From Candidatus Fermentibacterota bacterium (GTDB lineage: Bacteria > Fermentibacterota > Fermentibacteria > Fermentibacterales > JCC-6): DNA of 64,000 nt. The DNA is taken from NCBI GenBank assembly GCA_963845085.1, contig CAWJQI010000001.1, positions 288,001-352,000 on the forward strand, in the 5' to 3' direction. The notes under the pieces were generated by a model. It did not search any database and was not told the origin of the DNA. It saw nothing but the letters and a program-made list of their open reading frames with translations. Position numbers and translations under genes: made by a program. This document shows positions 6,136 to 15,378 of this stretch, piece by piece. Within the stretch, counting starts at the first letter, position 1, and each line of letters opens with the position of its first letter.

Positions 6136-9126
6136 CTACCGGATGAGTTCGAGCGCCGCATCCACCGCACCCTGAAGCTGTCTGTCCTCTCTTTCCGCAG
6201 CGTCTGCGGGCAGAACCGCGATGGGAACATCCGGAGCAACCCCTCCGTTTTCGAGATTGGCTCCGGAAAGGGTGAACCATCCGGTTCCCGGAAGCCTGAA
6301 CGAGGTGCCGTCGGCAAGGTTCACATCAACCGTGCCTATCACGGCCCCGTACGTGGTGGTGCCAACCACGGGACCGAGCCCGAGTTCCTTCCAGGCGGCT
6401 GCGAAGATCTCGGCGTCGGAGTAGCAGGTCTGATCGATGACGAGAACCAGCGGCCCCCTCCAGACGCCCAGCGGCTCGATGGTGCTTCTGCCTGCGCGTG
6501 CGCGGCTTTCGGCGTAAGCCGGTCTGCCGAGGCACTCGAGGATCTGGTCATGCGTGCTGCCGCCACCGTTGCCGCGAATGTCGATTATCATGGCCTCACG
6601 GTCCAGCCCCTCGGCGTAGAGGTCGCGCCGGAAATCCTCGACCGACTCCTGGTTCATGGCGGGTATGTGCAGGTATCCCACCCTGTCGCCCGACAACCTG
6701 CTGACAAGCCTTCGGTTTCCCGCCACCCATTCCCGGTACTCGAGCTGCCACATCGCCCAGGTCGAAGTGGGTTCGATGGCCACCAGACGTGTACGGCCGC
6801 CGCTCTCCACTTCAAGCTGTACGGTCCGACCCGTCGTGAGCTGAAGCGGTGCGTAGATGTTCCCGGTCTCCCCGACGGGGAACCCGTCAATGGAAAGGAT
6901 AATGTCTCCGGGAAAAAGCCTGTCCTCGGACATGAAAGCCGGTGAGCCCGGGACGACGCTGTCAACGGATATCCCACCGCCCGGGGGGAAGGTGCCGGGC
7001 AGGATCCCGAGTTCGCCGGTGAACGCAGTCTGCTCGTAACTCCAGGGACCCCAGATGCCGAGATGGGATGCGCTGAGTTCCCCCAGCATGCGGCTCACCA
7101 CATCGTTGAAATCCCGGTTGACCAGGCACTGCACCGCGCGGGGGCGGTATTTCTCCCTGAGAGCATCCCAATCGGCGCCATGCATGTTTTCGTCGTAGAA
7201 GTTGTCGCGCAGGAGCCTCCAGGCGTTGTCGAACTTGGCTGCCTGGAGGGCGGCAAGATCGACGGGAAACGGGCACGTCCACCCGAACACCCCGCCAACA
7301 CCGCCTTCCGGCTGCGTTGATCTGATCGTGTTTCCATAGCTCAGAAAGAAGACACCGCCCGATTCCACGGGCTGGATCCTCGTTGGCTGCTGCCCCCCGA
7401 ACGTAAGTCTGGTGAGCTCCTCGCCCTTCCATGTGACCGACCAGAGGTCCATCTGCTCATCCTGGTCGTGGCCGGGAAGGAACACGGTCCGCCCGTCGCT
7501 GGAAACCCCGTAGAAGTCGTACCATCCCCTGACGGTGCAAAGCGTTTCGACCCTTCGGACCAGGTCGGTGAAGTCAATTTCGGTTTCGCCGTCCGCTTCG
7601 TCGAGGATCTCCTCACGCTTCTCCGCCTCGGTGTTCCAGTCATCTTCCCTGAGCCATGCCTGCATGATGGAGTAGTAACCGTCATCGGTGCGGCTGGCCC
7701 AGAACAGCCTTCTGCCGTCAGAAGGCCAGATCGGCTGGAAATCATCGTTGGGGTGCCTGCTTACATTCACCGGAACGCCACCGGAGGAACTGACAACGAA
7801 AACGTCTTCGCGATGGGCCTCCCAGGGCGCGCTGAATGCAAGCCACTCCCCGTCGGGAGACCAGGAATGGTGAATGACGCCCCGGGTCTCGCAGACGGTG
7901 CGCGTTGCACCCGTTGCGAGCTCATGCGTGTGAAGCTGTTCGTTCTGGTCGATGAACGAGATCATGGCTCCGTCAGGGCTCCATTCACCCGCCCTCGCCA
8001 CGAGAGTCCCCGTATCGAGAACAGTGGCGGTGTAGCCTGAATCCGGGTTGCCCGATGCGACAACAAGGCTCACACCCATGCCGTCTTCCCTCTGGTAGAG
8101 CAGCATCGATCCGTCGGGGCTCCACCTTGGCCTTTCCTCGAGGGCTGCATCAGCGGTGATCCTTCTCACATCATCGCCGATGGCGTCTTCCTCGAACCTT
8201 CCGGCAAAGATGCCTCCGGTGGCCTGCATCGCCACCAGCGCGCCGTCAGCCGAGACCGAGAAGTCGTCGGTATATGTTCCCGCCATTTCAACTGCTGCGA
8301 TCGGGAAGGGATGGTCCACCGATGCGTTCACTGAAACGGTGTCGGGAGACCAGTCGGGCGGGGATGCTGAAAGCAGCAGGCCCGCGCTCTCGAATGTTAC
8401 CAGGCCTCCGCCTGCGCCAGGAAACGTAATGCCTCCGGGAAATGCCTGTGAGACAGCGATCGCCGAATCACCGCGCACAGTCCAGAAGCGGTCGAGACCC
8501 TGTTCGTCCTCCATGACGAAATAGATTGCCCCGTCGAGCACGAGGGGCCACCGCTGGTCTCTGGTGCTGTGGGACAGGGGAGCCCATTGCGAGCCGTCGC
8601 CAACCCACAGGCAAGACGAGGCGCTGCCTCTGTAATGCCTGAGCCACCATGGTGTTGAACCTGTCTCGATCACGAAGCCGTCTTCAAGCGGTGTGATGCC
8701 GAGCACGGAGGCGTCTACCCTGAGGACCGGTGTACCGCCTTCGGAGGAAACCGAATAGACGCGGTTCTCCCCTCCATCCCTGGAACTCAGGAAGAGGATC
8801 CTGTCGTTCTCCCATGCAGCCACGAGGTCTTCACCGCTGTGGAAGGTGAGCCTTTTGGAGGCGCCGCCCGACGAGGGCATGACGTAGACGTCACCCCCAC
8901 CGGTCGCGGAACTCGTGAAGGCAAGCATTGAGCCGTCGGGGCTCCAGCGGGGATTTGCCACATAACCCTCCCCGGGGGTGAGGCAGCGGGGATCGCCCCC
9001 CCCGGCGGGGACGAGAAAGAGCATTCCCCGCCAGGTGAAGGCGATCCGTGAAGCGTCGGGCGATGGAACGGGATACCTGGCATCGGAGACAAGGGACGAC
9101 AGCACGGCAAGAACAAGTAAAAGCAT
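6136..9126 (-). CDS. Tricorn-like S41 protease with PD40 propellers and PDZ domain
   Basis: Repeated PxWSPDG, MHGADW, GELSASH, GYLHIPAM, IDIRGNGGG, YSDAEIF, LENGGVAPD. Confidence 0.92.
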   Translation of the reverse strand: MLLLVLAVLSSLVSDARYPVPSPDASRIAFTWRGMLFLVPAGGGDPRCLTPGEGYVANPRWSPDGSMLAFTSSATGGGDVYVMPSSGGASKRLTFHSGEDLVAAWENDRILFLSSRDGGENRVYSVSSEGGTPVLRVDASVLGITPLEDGFVIETGSTPWWLRHYRGSASSCLWVGDGSQWAPLSHSTRDQRWPLVLDGAIYFVMEDEQGLDRFWTVRGDSAIAVSQAFPGGITFPGAGGGLVTFESAGLLLSASPPDWSPDTVSVNASVDHPFPIAAVEMAGTYTDDFSVSADGALVAMQATGGIFAGRFEEDAIGDDVRRITADAALEERPRWSPDGSMLLYQREDGMGVSLVVASGNPDSGYTATVLDTGTLVARAGEWSPDGAMISFIDQNEQLHTHELATGATRTVCETRGVIHHSWSPDGEWLAFSAPWEAHREDVFVVSSSGGVPVNVSRHPNDDFQPIWPSDGRRLFWASRTDDGYYSIMQAWLREDDWNTEAEKREEILDEADGETEIDFTDLVRRVETLCTVRGWYDFYGVSSDGRTVFLPGHDQDEQMDLWSVTWKGEELTRLTFGGQQPTRIQPVESGGVFFLSYGNTIRSTQPEGGVGGVFGWTCPFPVDLAALQAAKFDNAWRLLRDNFYDENMHGADWDALREKYRPRAVQCLVNRDFNDVVSRMLGELSASHLGIWGPWSYEQTAFTGELGILPGTFPPGGGISVDSVVPGSPAFMSEDRLFPGDIILSIDGFPVGETGNIYAPLQLTTGRTVQLEVESGGRTRLVAIEPTSTWAMWQLEYREWVAGNRRLVSRLSGDRVGYLHIPAMNQESVEDFRRDLYAEGLDREAMIIDIRGNGGGSTHDQILECLGRPAYAESRARAGRSTIEPLGVWRGPLVLVIDQTCYSDAEIFAAAWKELGLGPVVGTTTYGAVIGTVDVNLADGTSFRLPGTGWFTLSGANLENGGVAPDVPIAVLPADAAEREDRQLQGAVDAALELIR

Positions 9127-9129
9127 GCC

Positions 9130-9906
9130 TTACTCCTTCATGGCAGGAACGAGAAGCCTCGGGGACATCTCTGGGTCGAACGGGGTTTCATCGTAATCGC
9201 CCCAGAGGCGTTCCACCGAGAACCCGGCTTTTCGGGCATCATCGACCGCCTCGAGAACGTTGAACGCCGCAAGCTCGAGGACCACCCTTCGTGAATCACA
9301 TGCGCCGTTCTGATACTCCGATGAATAGATCATATCGTAAACAACGCTGTTCCGGCATTCCGGGCGATTGACTTCCTCGTCGAGCGACAGGATTCCGCCG
9401 TCGGGCAGCTCGACGCTGTACCTTCTCGTTCTCTGTTCGGGCGGCCTTCTGGCGAAAGCCGGGCTGATCTCGAACAGGAAAATGCCTCCCGCGGCAAGGA
9501 CCCTGTGCGCCTCCCGGAACACTGAACGCCTCCCATCCCTCTCAAGAATGCATTGAAGCCCGTTGTATGGAAAGCATGCGAACCCGAAGCAACCGTCTTT
9601 GAAGGGAAGATCCTGACCGATCCCCCTGACCCTGTGTGCCAGTTTCATCTGAGCCCTGGTCCAGGAGGCAATCATGGCCCGGCTTGGCTCGAGGGCGGCC
9701 ATGAAACCCCCGTTGAAGAGGCTTCTGGAAAGCCTTCCGGCCCCGGCACCGATCTCGATGCAAGCGCCCGGGTGGCGAAGCCTCAGAAGCCTGTAGAATT
9801 CCATCTCCCGGAGATCATGGGAGAAGACTGTGCCCTCCTCGGCATTGAAAAAGGGGGCATACTCGTCCCAGGTGTCAGGCTGTGAAGGCCGCAAGGACCT
9901 TTTCAA
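9130..9906 (-). CDS. Class I SAM-dependent methyltransferase
   Basis: IEIGAGAGR, LEPSRAM, HRVLAAGG, LWGDYDETPF. Start uncertain (TTG at 9906 or 9894); the longer track ORF overlaps the next gene. Confidence 0.8.
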   Translation of the reverse strand: MKRSLRPSQPDTWDEYAPFFNAEEGTVFSHDLREMEFYRLLRLRHPGACIEIGAGAGRLSRSLFNGGFMAALEPSRAMIASWTRAQMKLAHRVRGIGQDLPFKDGCFGFACFPYNGLQCILERDGRRSVFREAHRVLAAGGIFLFEISPAFARRPPEQRTRRYSVELPDGGILSLDEEVNRPECRNSVVYDMIYSSEYQNGACDSRRVVLELAAFNVLEAVDDARKAGFSVERLWGDYDETPFDPEMSPRLLVPAMKE

Positions 9907-10789
9907 CTCCCCTCCGACACTCCTTCTCCATGCTCCTGAGATGACCCAGGGTGGTCCGCATGTCCGGAGGTGGCATGGATCCTGACAGGCTCGAAAGCCC
10001 CGTTGAGATCTCCAGGAACGCTTCCGCCAGTGAAAGTGCCGCCCCTGCGGCCTGCGGTCTGTGCTTCGCAGCCTCGCGCAGGAACAGCGAAGCATTGAAC
10101 CTGCATTCGGCCATGACCAGCGCCACCGCCATCCCCGGCCTGCGGGTGGAGCCTTCCCTGGAAAGGGCGGCGATCCAACGGTCGTAGACTCGGCTGCCAC
10201 TGACAAAGCCGTTCATGCCCTGCCCGGCGGCGGGCACGCGGGTGTTCAAAAAATGCATGAGGCTGTCCGCAAACACTTTATCAACGGGTGCAGGGCTGCT
10301 TTTCTTGAACCCGTGGAAGGATATCGGGGAATGCTCGTAAAGCTGCTCCCACGAACCGAAATCCAACCTGTCCGGGAAGAGCTCGCCCTCGAGGGAGGGT
10401 GGAGAATCAAGAAGGAACCCCTTCTCGTCATAACCGGTTATCAGCTGGTGCTCAAGCCCTTTGACCGAACACGGGACCCCGCGGGAGACGAGGCTTCTAA
10501 TCCCCCTCTCCAGGCGGTTCCTCTCCGAAACCGTGACATCGGGGCCGAAGTGCCCGATGTCTTCGTGGGTGATGCCGAGGTTTGCGAGCAGCCTGTTGAA
10601 CTCGGAATGGCTCCAGTTGTGAAGGGATGAGCGGCTCAGCGCCCTGTCGGCATGGAGAAGGAAGGCGTGCCCCGAGCCCCCGAACAGCATGTGATCGGGC
10701 AGGGGTACATCGAGCAGGTCTGCCGCGCCCCCGGCCGACCCCATGAGCGAAGAGCGCAGTGGACGCTGCCGTACGACTCCATCGCTCAT
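9875..10789 (-). CDS. Hypothetical protein, possibly with a BtrH-N/papain-like fold
   Basis: GGAGG RBS, co-oriented in the operon; LFGGSGHAF and HQLITGYD segments. Confidence 0.65.
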   Translation of the reverse strand: MSDGVVRQRPLRSSLMGSAGGAADLLDVPLPDHMLFGGSGHAFLLHADRALSRSSLHNWSHSEFNRLLANLGITHEDIGHFGPDVTVSERNRLERGIRSLVSRGVPCSVKGLEHQLITGYDEKGFLLDSPPSLEGELFPDRLDFGSWEQLYEHSPISFHGFKKSSPAPVDKVFADSLMHFLNTRVPAAGQGMNGFVSGSRVYDRWIAALSREGSTRRPGMAVALVMAECRFNASLFLREAAKHRPQAAGAALSLAEAFLEISTGLSSLSGSMPPPDMRTTLGHLRSMEKECRRGVEKVLAAFTA

Positions 10790-10816
10790 TCCGGGAAGAC
10801 CTCCATTTGATGGCGC

Positions 10817-11713
10817 CTAGAAAGCCGAAGCCCTTGGCCCGGCACTGATGATGAAATTCTCGGGATCGATCTGCGCCCCGTGCCTCAGGACCTCGTAGTG
10901 AAGATGCGGACCGACGGCGCGCCCCGTTGACCCGACCCTTGCGATGATGTCGCCCCTTTGGACGGCCTGCCCGACAGCGACCTCGAGCCTTGAACAATGT
11001 GCATAACGGGTCGAGATGTCATCGGTGTGCTTGATGACCATGTTGAGCCCCCAACCGCCGCTCCAGCCGCAGAACGTTACCACACCGTCGGCGGGGGCGT
11101 GTATCGGGGTTCCCGTATCGTCGGCAATGTCGATTCCCTGGTGATATCTCACGGCCCCGGTGAACGGGTCTATCCTGGCGCCGAAATCGCTGACGAATAT
11201 GCCGTTGACGGGCCAGATGGAAGGGGTCTTGCGAAGAAGATCGGACTTCTCGACAAGAAGCCTCGCGAGGGAATCGTAAGCCGCAATCTCAGCGCCCGCA
11301 AGGCGTTCGCACAGGAAAAGCTCGAACTCCATGTCGTCGATGTACTGGAACATGTTGAGGGGTTCCGCAACCACACCCCCGGATTCAAGGCTGCTGAAAT
11401 CGAGATTGAGGTCGGCTGCGGCCATGAAGACCCTCTCCTCGCGTTGAGAGATCTCCATGAGGCTCTGCTGCAGGTTCTCGACCCTGGCGCCGAGCTGGAG
11501 GAGCTCGCCCTGAAGTATCGCATAGTCGCTCGATTGAGAGCCTTCGGCGGGCGTGTTCACACGTCTGCCAAGGGCGAATGCACCGCCGAGAAGCAGGCTC
11601 ATGACCCCGGCGAACAGGAAGACGAACAGCCTCAGCCTGTTGGCGTCGATCCGCAAAGGCCGGCGACGCCCGGAAGGGTCTTCCGGAATCCAGTCAAGAG
11701 AGCCCCTGAGCAA
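10817..11713 (-). CDS. M23 family metallopeptidase with N-terminal TM and coiled coil
   Basis: PSIWPV, RIDPFTG, HQGIDIA, YAHCS, GPHLHYEV. Confidence 0.93.
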   Translation of the reverse strand: MLRGSLDWIPEDPSGRRRPLRIDANRLRLFVFLFAGVMSLLLGGAFALGRRVNTPAEGSQSSDYAILQGELLQLGARVENLQQSLMEISQREERVFMAAADLNLDFSSLESGGVVAEPLNMFQYIDDMEFELFLCERLAGAEIAAYDSLARLLVEKSDLLRKTPSIWPVNGIFVSDFGARIDPFTGAVRYHQGIDIADDTGTPIHAPADGVVTFCGWSGGWGLNMVIKHTDDISTRYAHCSRLEVAVGQAVQRGDIIARVGSTGRAVGPHLHYEVLRHGAQIDPENFIISAGPRASAF

Positions 11714-11728
11714 GACCCGCCGCTTCCG

Positions 11729-12571
11729 CTACTTGAGAAAGTGAAGCAGGGACCCGCTCTCGCCGCACTCATGAAGCTTGACGATGGCCCTGTTCTTGAG
11801 CTGTCTGACGCGCTCGCGGCTGATGCCCATGGTGCGTCCGATCTCGGCCAGTGTGTGCCTCCTGTCGGTGTGGATGCCGAAGAACAGCTGGATGATCGTG
11901 CGCTCCCTGTGATCGAGTATGTCGAGCATGTCGCCCACGCTGCGCTTGAGGGCCTCGTGGAGCACTGCTTCGTTGGGGGCGATGCCGTCGTCGGCGGCGA
12001 TCATCTCCTGAAAGGTCTTGTCGCTTCCTTCGTACACGGGGCTGTCGAGGGAGAGATGCGTGCTGTGAATCGACATCATTCCCTCGATCTCGTCACGGCT
12101 GAGGTCGAGCTCCCGCGCAATTTCCTCGGTTGAGGGATCGCGGCCGAGGGCATGACCCAGTTCGCGGGTGGCGCGGCCCATTTTGTAGAGCTCGCCGACC
12201 CTGTTGAGTGGAAGCCTGACGATCCGTGACTGTTCGGCAAGCGCCTGGAGTATCGCCTGCCTGATCCACCACACGGCGTAGGTGATGAAACGGCAGCCTT
12301 TGCCTTCGTCAAAACCCTTGGCTGCCCGGATCAGGCCGACATTTCCCTCGTTGATAAGGTCTTCGAGGGCGACGCCCTGGTTCGCATACTGCTTTGCGAT
12401 GCTGACAACGAACCTGAGATTGGCCTCGGTGAGCTCGTTCAGGGCTTCCTGGTCGCCCTCGCGTATGCGCCTCGCGAGGGAGGCCTCCTCTTCGGATGTG
12501 AGTGTGTCACGGGTGCCGATCTCGCGCAGGTAAAGCTCAAGGGATCGGCCTTCAGTTCTTCTGGTAGCCAT
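11729..12571 (-). CDS. RNA polymerase sigma-70 factor, short RpoD/RpoS-like (no region 1.1)
   Basis: LYLREIG, ANLRFVVSIAKQY, DLINEGNVGL, FITYAVWWIRQAI, SRERVRQ. Confidence 0.95.
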   Translation of the reverse strand: MATRRTEGRSLELYLREIGTRDTLTSEEEASLARRIREGDQEALNELTEANLRFVVSIAKQYANQGVALEDLINEGNVGLIRAAKGFDEGKGCRFITYAVWWIRQAILQALAEQSRIVRLPLNRVGELYKMGRATRELGHALGRDPSTEEIARELDLSRDEIEGMMSIHSTHLSLDSPVYEGSDKTFQEMIAADDGIAPNEAVLHEALKRSVGDMLDILDHRERTIIQLFFGIHTDRRHTLAEIGRTMGISRERVRQLKNRAIVKLHECGESGSLLHFLK

Positions 12572-12680
12572 GACGCCGCCTTTCAGCATACCGTATATTC
12601 AAAGCGATATGAACTTGTTCCATGCAAACCGGATAGGGCTGTAATTTTGTCAAGTCTTGACGGATTGTCAAGGGGTTGAC

Positions 12681-13619
12681 GTGGATTGGTCTGCAATACC
12701 CCGTGAAAGGGCGGTTTGCGCCATATGCGGGTATGACAGCCCCGGTCTTCTCAAGGTCTCGCGGGGGTGGCCGGTATCGAAATGTCCGGTCTGCGGTTTG
12801 ATCTACCTTTCCGAACGGCCCACAGAGGCCTCGCTCGCCACCATGTACTCCGACGAATACTACGACCGCATCGAAGTGGGCTACGGCGGCTACGTTGACA
12901 ACTTCTCAAGGTACAGGAGTGTTTTCGAAGGGCTCTTCGAACAGAGGGCGGTCAGACTCGAGCGGTACCGCGGGAGTGGCCGGCTTCTTGAGTTGGGCTG
13001 CGCGCACGGTTTTCTCCTCGACCATCTCCGGAAAAAAGGTTACACGGTCTCGGGGGTCGAGGTCAGCCCTGTCGCATCGCGCTACGCCAGGGATGTTCTG
13101 AACCTTGACGTTCATACCGGCACTCTTGAAGATGGCAGCTTCAGCGACGGCGAGTTCGACGTGGTCATGATGCTCGACGTTCTTGAGCATCTCCACCGCC
13201 CGCAGGAAACCCTCAGGGAGGTGGGAAGGGTGCTCGGAAAGGGAGGGGTGCTTCTGGTTCAGTGCCCCTGGGAGCTGACCCACTGGGAGGAGGTTCTCGA
13301 GACCTTCGCAAGGGGCAGGAAAACGGGCCGAATGGATCCCGATGCGGTTCCTGCGCACCTTTACTTTTTCTGCCCCCGCACACTCGAGGCCATGCTCGGG
13401 TCGGGCGGCTTCAGGGTTGTCGGCCGGGAAAGCGGCAACTACGGCGCGGTCAGAAGAAAGGTGAGCCCGCCCCTGCTGAACACGGGCTCCCCCCTCGAAC
13501 GGGCTTTCAGGCTTTTCTACTTCAAACTGGGCTTTCAGCGTGCACTGTACGCAGCGGCCAAAACCGTCGGGTGGGGCAACGGGCTGATACGCTACGCCCG
13601 TTTCGAGGCCCGACCTTGA
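12681..13619 (+). CDS. Class I SAM methyltransferase with N-terminal Zn-binding motif (glycan-modification type)
   Basis: CAICG...CPVCGL, LLELGCAHG, DVLEHL, HLYFF. GTG 12681 follows AGGGG. Confidence 0.85.
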   Translation: MDWSAIPRERAVCAICGYDSPGLLKVSRGWPVSKCPVCGLIYLSERPTEASLATMYSDEYYDRIEVGYGGYVDNFSRYRSVFEGLFEQRAVRLERYRGSGRLLELGCAHGFLLDHLRKKGYTVSGVEVSPVASRYARDVLNLDVHTGTLEDGSFSDGEFDVVMMLDVLEHLHRPQETLREVGRVLGKGGVLLVQCPWELTHWEEVLETFARGRKTGRMDPDAVPAHLYFFCPRTLEAMLGSGGFRVVGRESGNYGAVRRKVSPPLLNTGSPLERAFRLFYFKLGFQRALYAAAKTVGWGNGLIRYARFEARP

Positions 13620-14380
13620 GGGTTGCATCATTCCGGGGCAGCGGGCCGGAAAGAAGGGTTTGCGGCGTCCTGCCCGCTTCGGACCTCGCCCTTCACCTTG
13701 AATCAAGGGGCATCGGCAGTCTGCCGGGAGTCATCGCAGTCAGATCTGACCTGCTCTCAAGGCAGCCGCTCGAGCAGCTCTGCGACAGCAGCGTCGACGG
13801 GGCGGCCGCACTTGCCTGCACCGGAAAACCATGGGGCTCCATGTGCGTTTTCACTGATCCACACGGCCTCATTACCGGTTTTGAAAGAAATCCGGCACCC
13901 GAGCTGGCGCGAACCAATGTCGTTCTTGCAGGGGCCTGCTGGTTCCGTGAAGAGCCGGAACCGGGGCAGTCCCTCGAAGATACGGTCGAAACGGCATTGA
14001 ACAGCGGCGCCGTGCTGAAGGGGGTGCTTCTCAGAGGCCGCGCATTCATCGTATGTTCCGGCGAGGAGCAGCTCAGGGCAAGCCATGCCCTCCTGTCGGG
14101 TCTTGTCGTGCCGGGGGTGCATGGGTGTGTCGCCGTGAACCGCGCGTTCATCCAGGGCAGACTCGATCCGTCGGTGCGGGTGAGCGGAACACTCTGGACG
14201 GCTCCCGGATCGGTTGTAGAGCCGGGGTGTGAGCTCGAGAACTGCGTTATCCTTGAAGACACCCTGATTGGTCGGGGCTGCAAATTGAAAAACACGCTGG
14301 TGGAAGCCGGAACACGGGTCCCGCCTGGCACAGTGATGGAAGACAAGTACCCGAGCTTCCTTGGAGAAACGACATGCTAG
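13616..14380 (+). CDS. Degenerate NDP-sugar nucleotidyltransferase-like protein with C-terminal left-handed beta-helix
   Basis: PWGSMCVFTD..ITGFERNP...NVVLAGACWF and hexapeptide repeats (VVEPGCELENCVILEDTLIGRGCKL). TTG start overlaps the upstream TGA. Confidence 0.65.
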   Translation: MRVASFRGSGPERRVCGVLPASDLALHLESRGIGSLPGVIAVRSDLLSRQPLEQLCDSSVDGAAALACTGKPWGSMCVFTDPHGLITGFERNPAPELARTNVVLAGACWFREEPEPGQSLEDTVETALNSGAVLKGVLLRGRAFIVCSGEEQLRASHALLSGLVVPGVHGCVAVNRAFIQGRLDPSVRVSGTLWTAPGSVVEPGCELENCVILEDTLIGRGCKLKNTLVEAGTRVPPGTVMEDKYPSFLGETTC

Positions 14381-14943
14381 AGAACATCCGCACCTACCTT
14401 GACCAGGTCAGCAGCCTCGTGCTGGAAATCCCCCCGGACGGTATCGAACGGATAACGGGCATAATCCTTGCTGCCTACCGGTCCGGCAACAGGGTATTCG
14501 TTTTCGGCAACGGAGGCGGCAGCGCCACCAGTGCGCACTTCGTGTGCGATCTCGCAAAGGGCACGGCGATGCCGGGCAAACCCCGCCTGAAGGCGGTGTC
14601 GCTCGCCGAGAACATCCCGCTTCTCACCGCCTGGGCCAACGATACGGATTACACCAACACCTTCGGCGAGCAGCTTCGAAACCTGGTCGAAGCCGGCGAC
14701 GTGGTCATCGGCCTGAGCGGAAGCGGAATGAGCCCGAACGTCATCAACGCCTTCAAGGTCGCGAACGAGGCCGGGGCTGTTTCAATCCTTCTTTCCGGCT
14801 ATTCCGGAGGCGAGGCTGTAAGGGTTGCTTCAGAGGCCCTTGTGGTTCCCTCCGAAGACATGCAGCAGATAGAGGACGTGCACCTGATACTGGCGCACAT
14901 CATCTTCAGGTGCCTGAAGCATGAAATGGCGAAACCGGACTAG
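14374..14943 (+). CDS. gmhA: Phosphoheptose isomerase (SIS domain)
   Basis: FGNGGGSATSAHF, TAWAND, LSGSGMSPNV, QQIEDVH. Confidence 0.9.
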   Translation: MLENIRTYLDQVSSLVLEIPPDGIERITGIILAAYRSGNRVFVFGNGGGSATSAHFVCDLAKGTAMPGKPRLKAVSLAENIPLLTAWANDTDYTNTFGEQLRNLVEAGDVVIGLSGSGMSPNVINAFKVANEAGAVSILLSGYSGGEAVRVASEALVVPSEDMQQIEDVHLILAHIIFRCLKHEMAKPD

Positions 14944-15377
14944 TCTTCGGGGGTCCACTCGTCGAAATCGGGGCCGCAGGCAGCAAGAATTTTCCTGAGG
15001 GCATCGCGGAATATCTCTATCCCGCCGCTCTGGGCGGCTTCGGGGAACCTCGACTTCCAAAGCTCCCACGATCTCTTGAGGTCGCCGGCCATCACGACTG
15101 CAAGGTTACCGTCGATTCTGGCTTTCTCGACCATGTCCTGGTTGTAGACAAGCATGTCGCTGGCCAGCACCCGTGCAAACCTTGCCGCCCTTTCGTCGGT
15201 GTGCAGCCCGGGATCGGGAGCTGGCGGCTCTGCAACGGGTTCTTCCGGTTTCCGCTTTGGGGGGTGTACGATGAATATCTCGGTGCAGTTCCTGCATCGA
15301 ATGCGCTTGGCCTTGCCTCCCAGTTTCTCCTCGGAGATCTGGTAACTCTTACCGCAACTGGGACATGTGACGACCAT
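14940..15377 (-). CDS. MJ0042-type zinc-ribbon protein with helical C-terminal domain
   Basis: MVVTCPSC...RIRCRNC, Pro-rich linker, ARFARVLASDMLVYN. Confidence 0.8.
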   Translation of the reverse strand: MVVTCPSCGKSYQISEEKLGGKAKRIRCRNCTEIFIVHPPKRKPEEPVAEPPAPDPGLHTDERAARFARVLASDMLVYNQDMVEKARIDGNLAVVMAGDLKRSWELWKSRFPEAAQSGGIEIFRDALRKILAACGPDFDEWTPED

Positions 15378-15378
15378 T

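Noticed and set aside
11711..11731. Sigma and M23 ORFs are in the same frame separated by one TAG (possible readthrough)
   Set aside because: Expected by chance one time in three; the sigma factor ends at its normal position and no recoding signal is evident.
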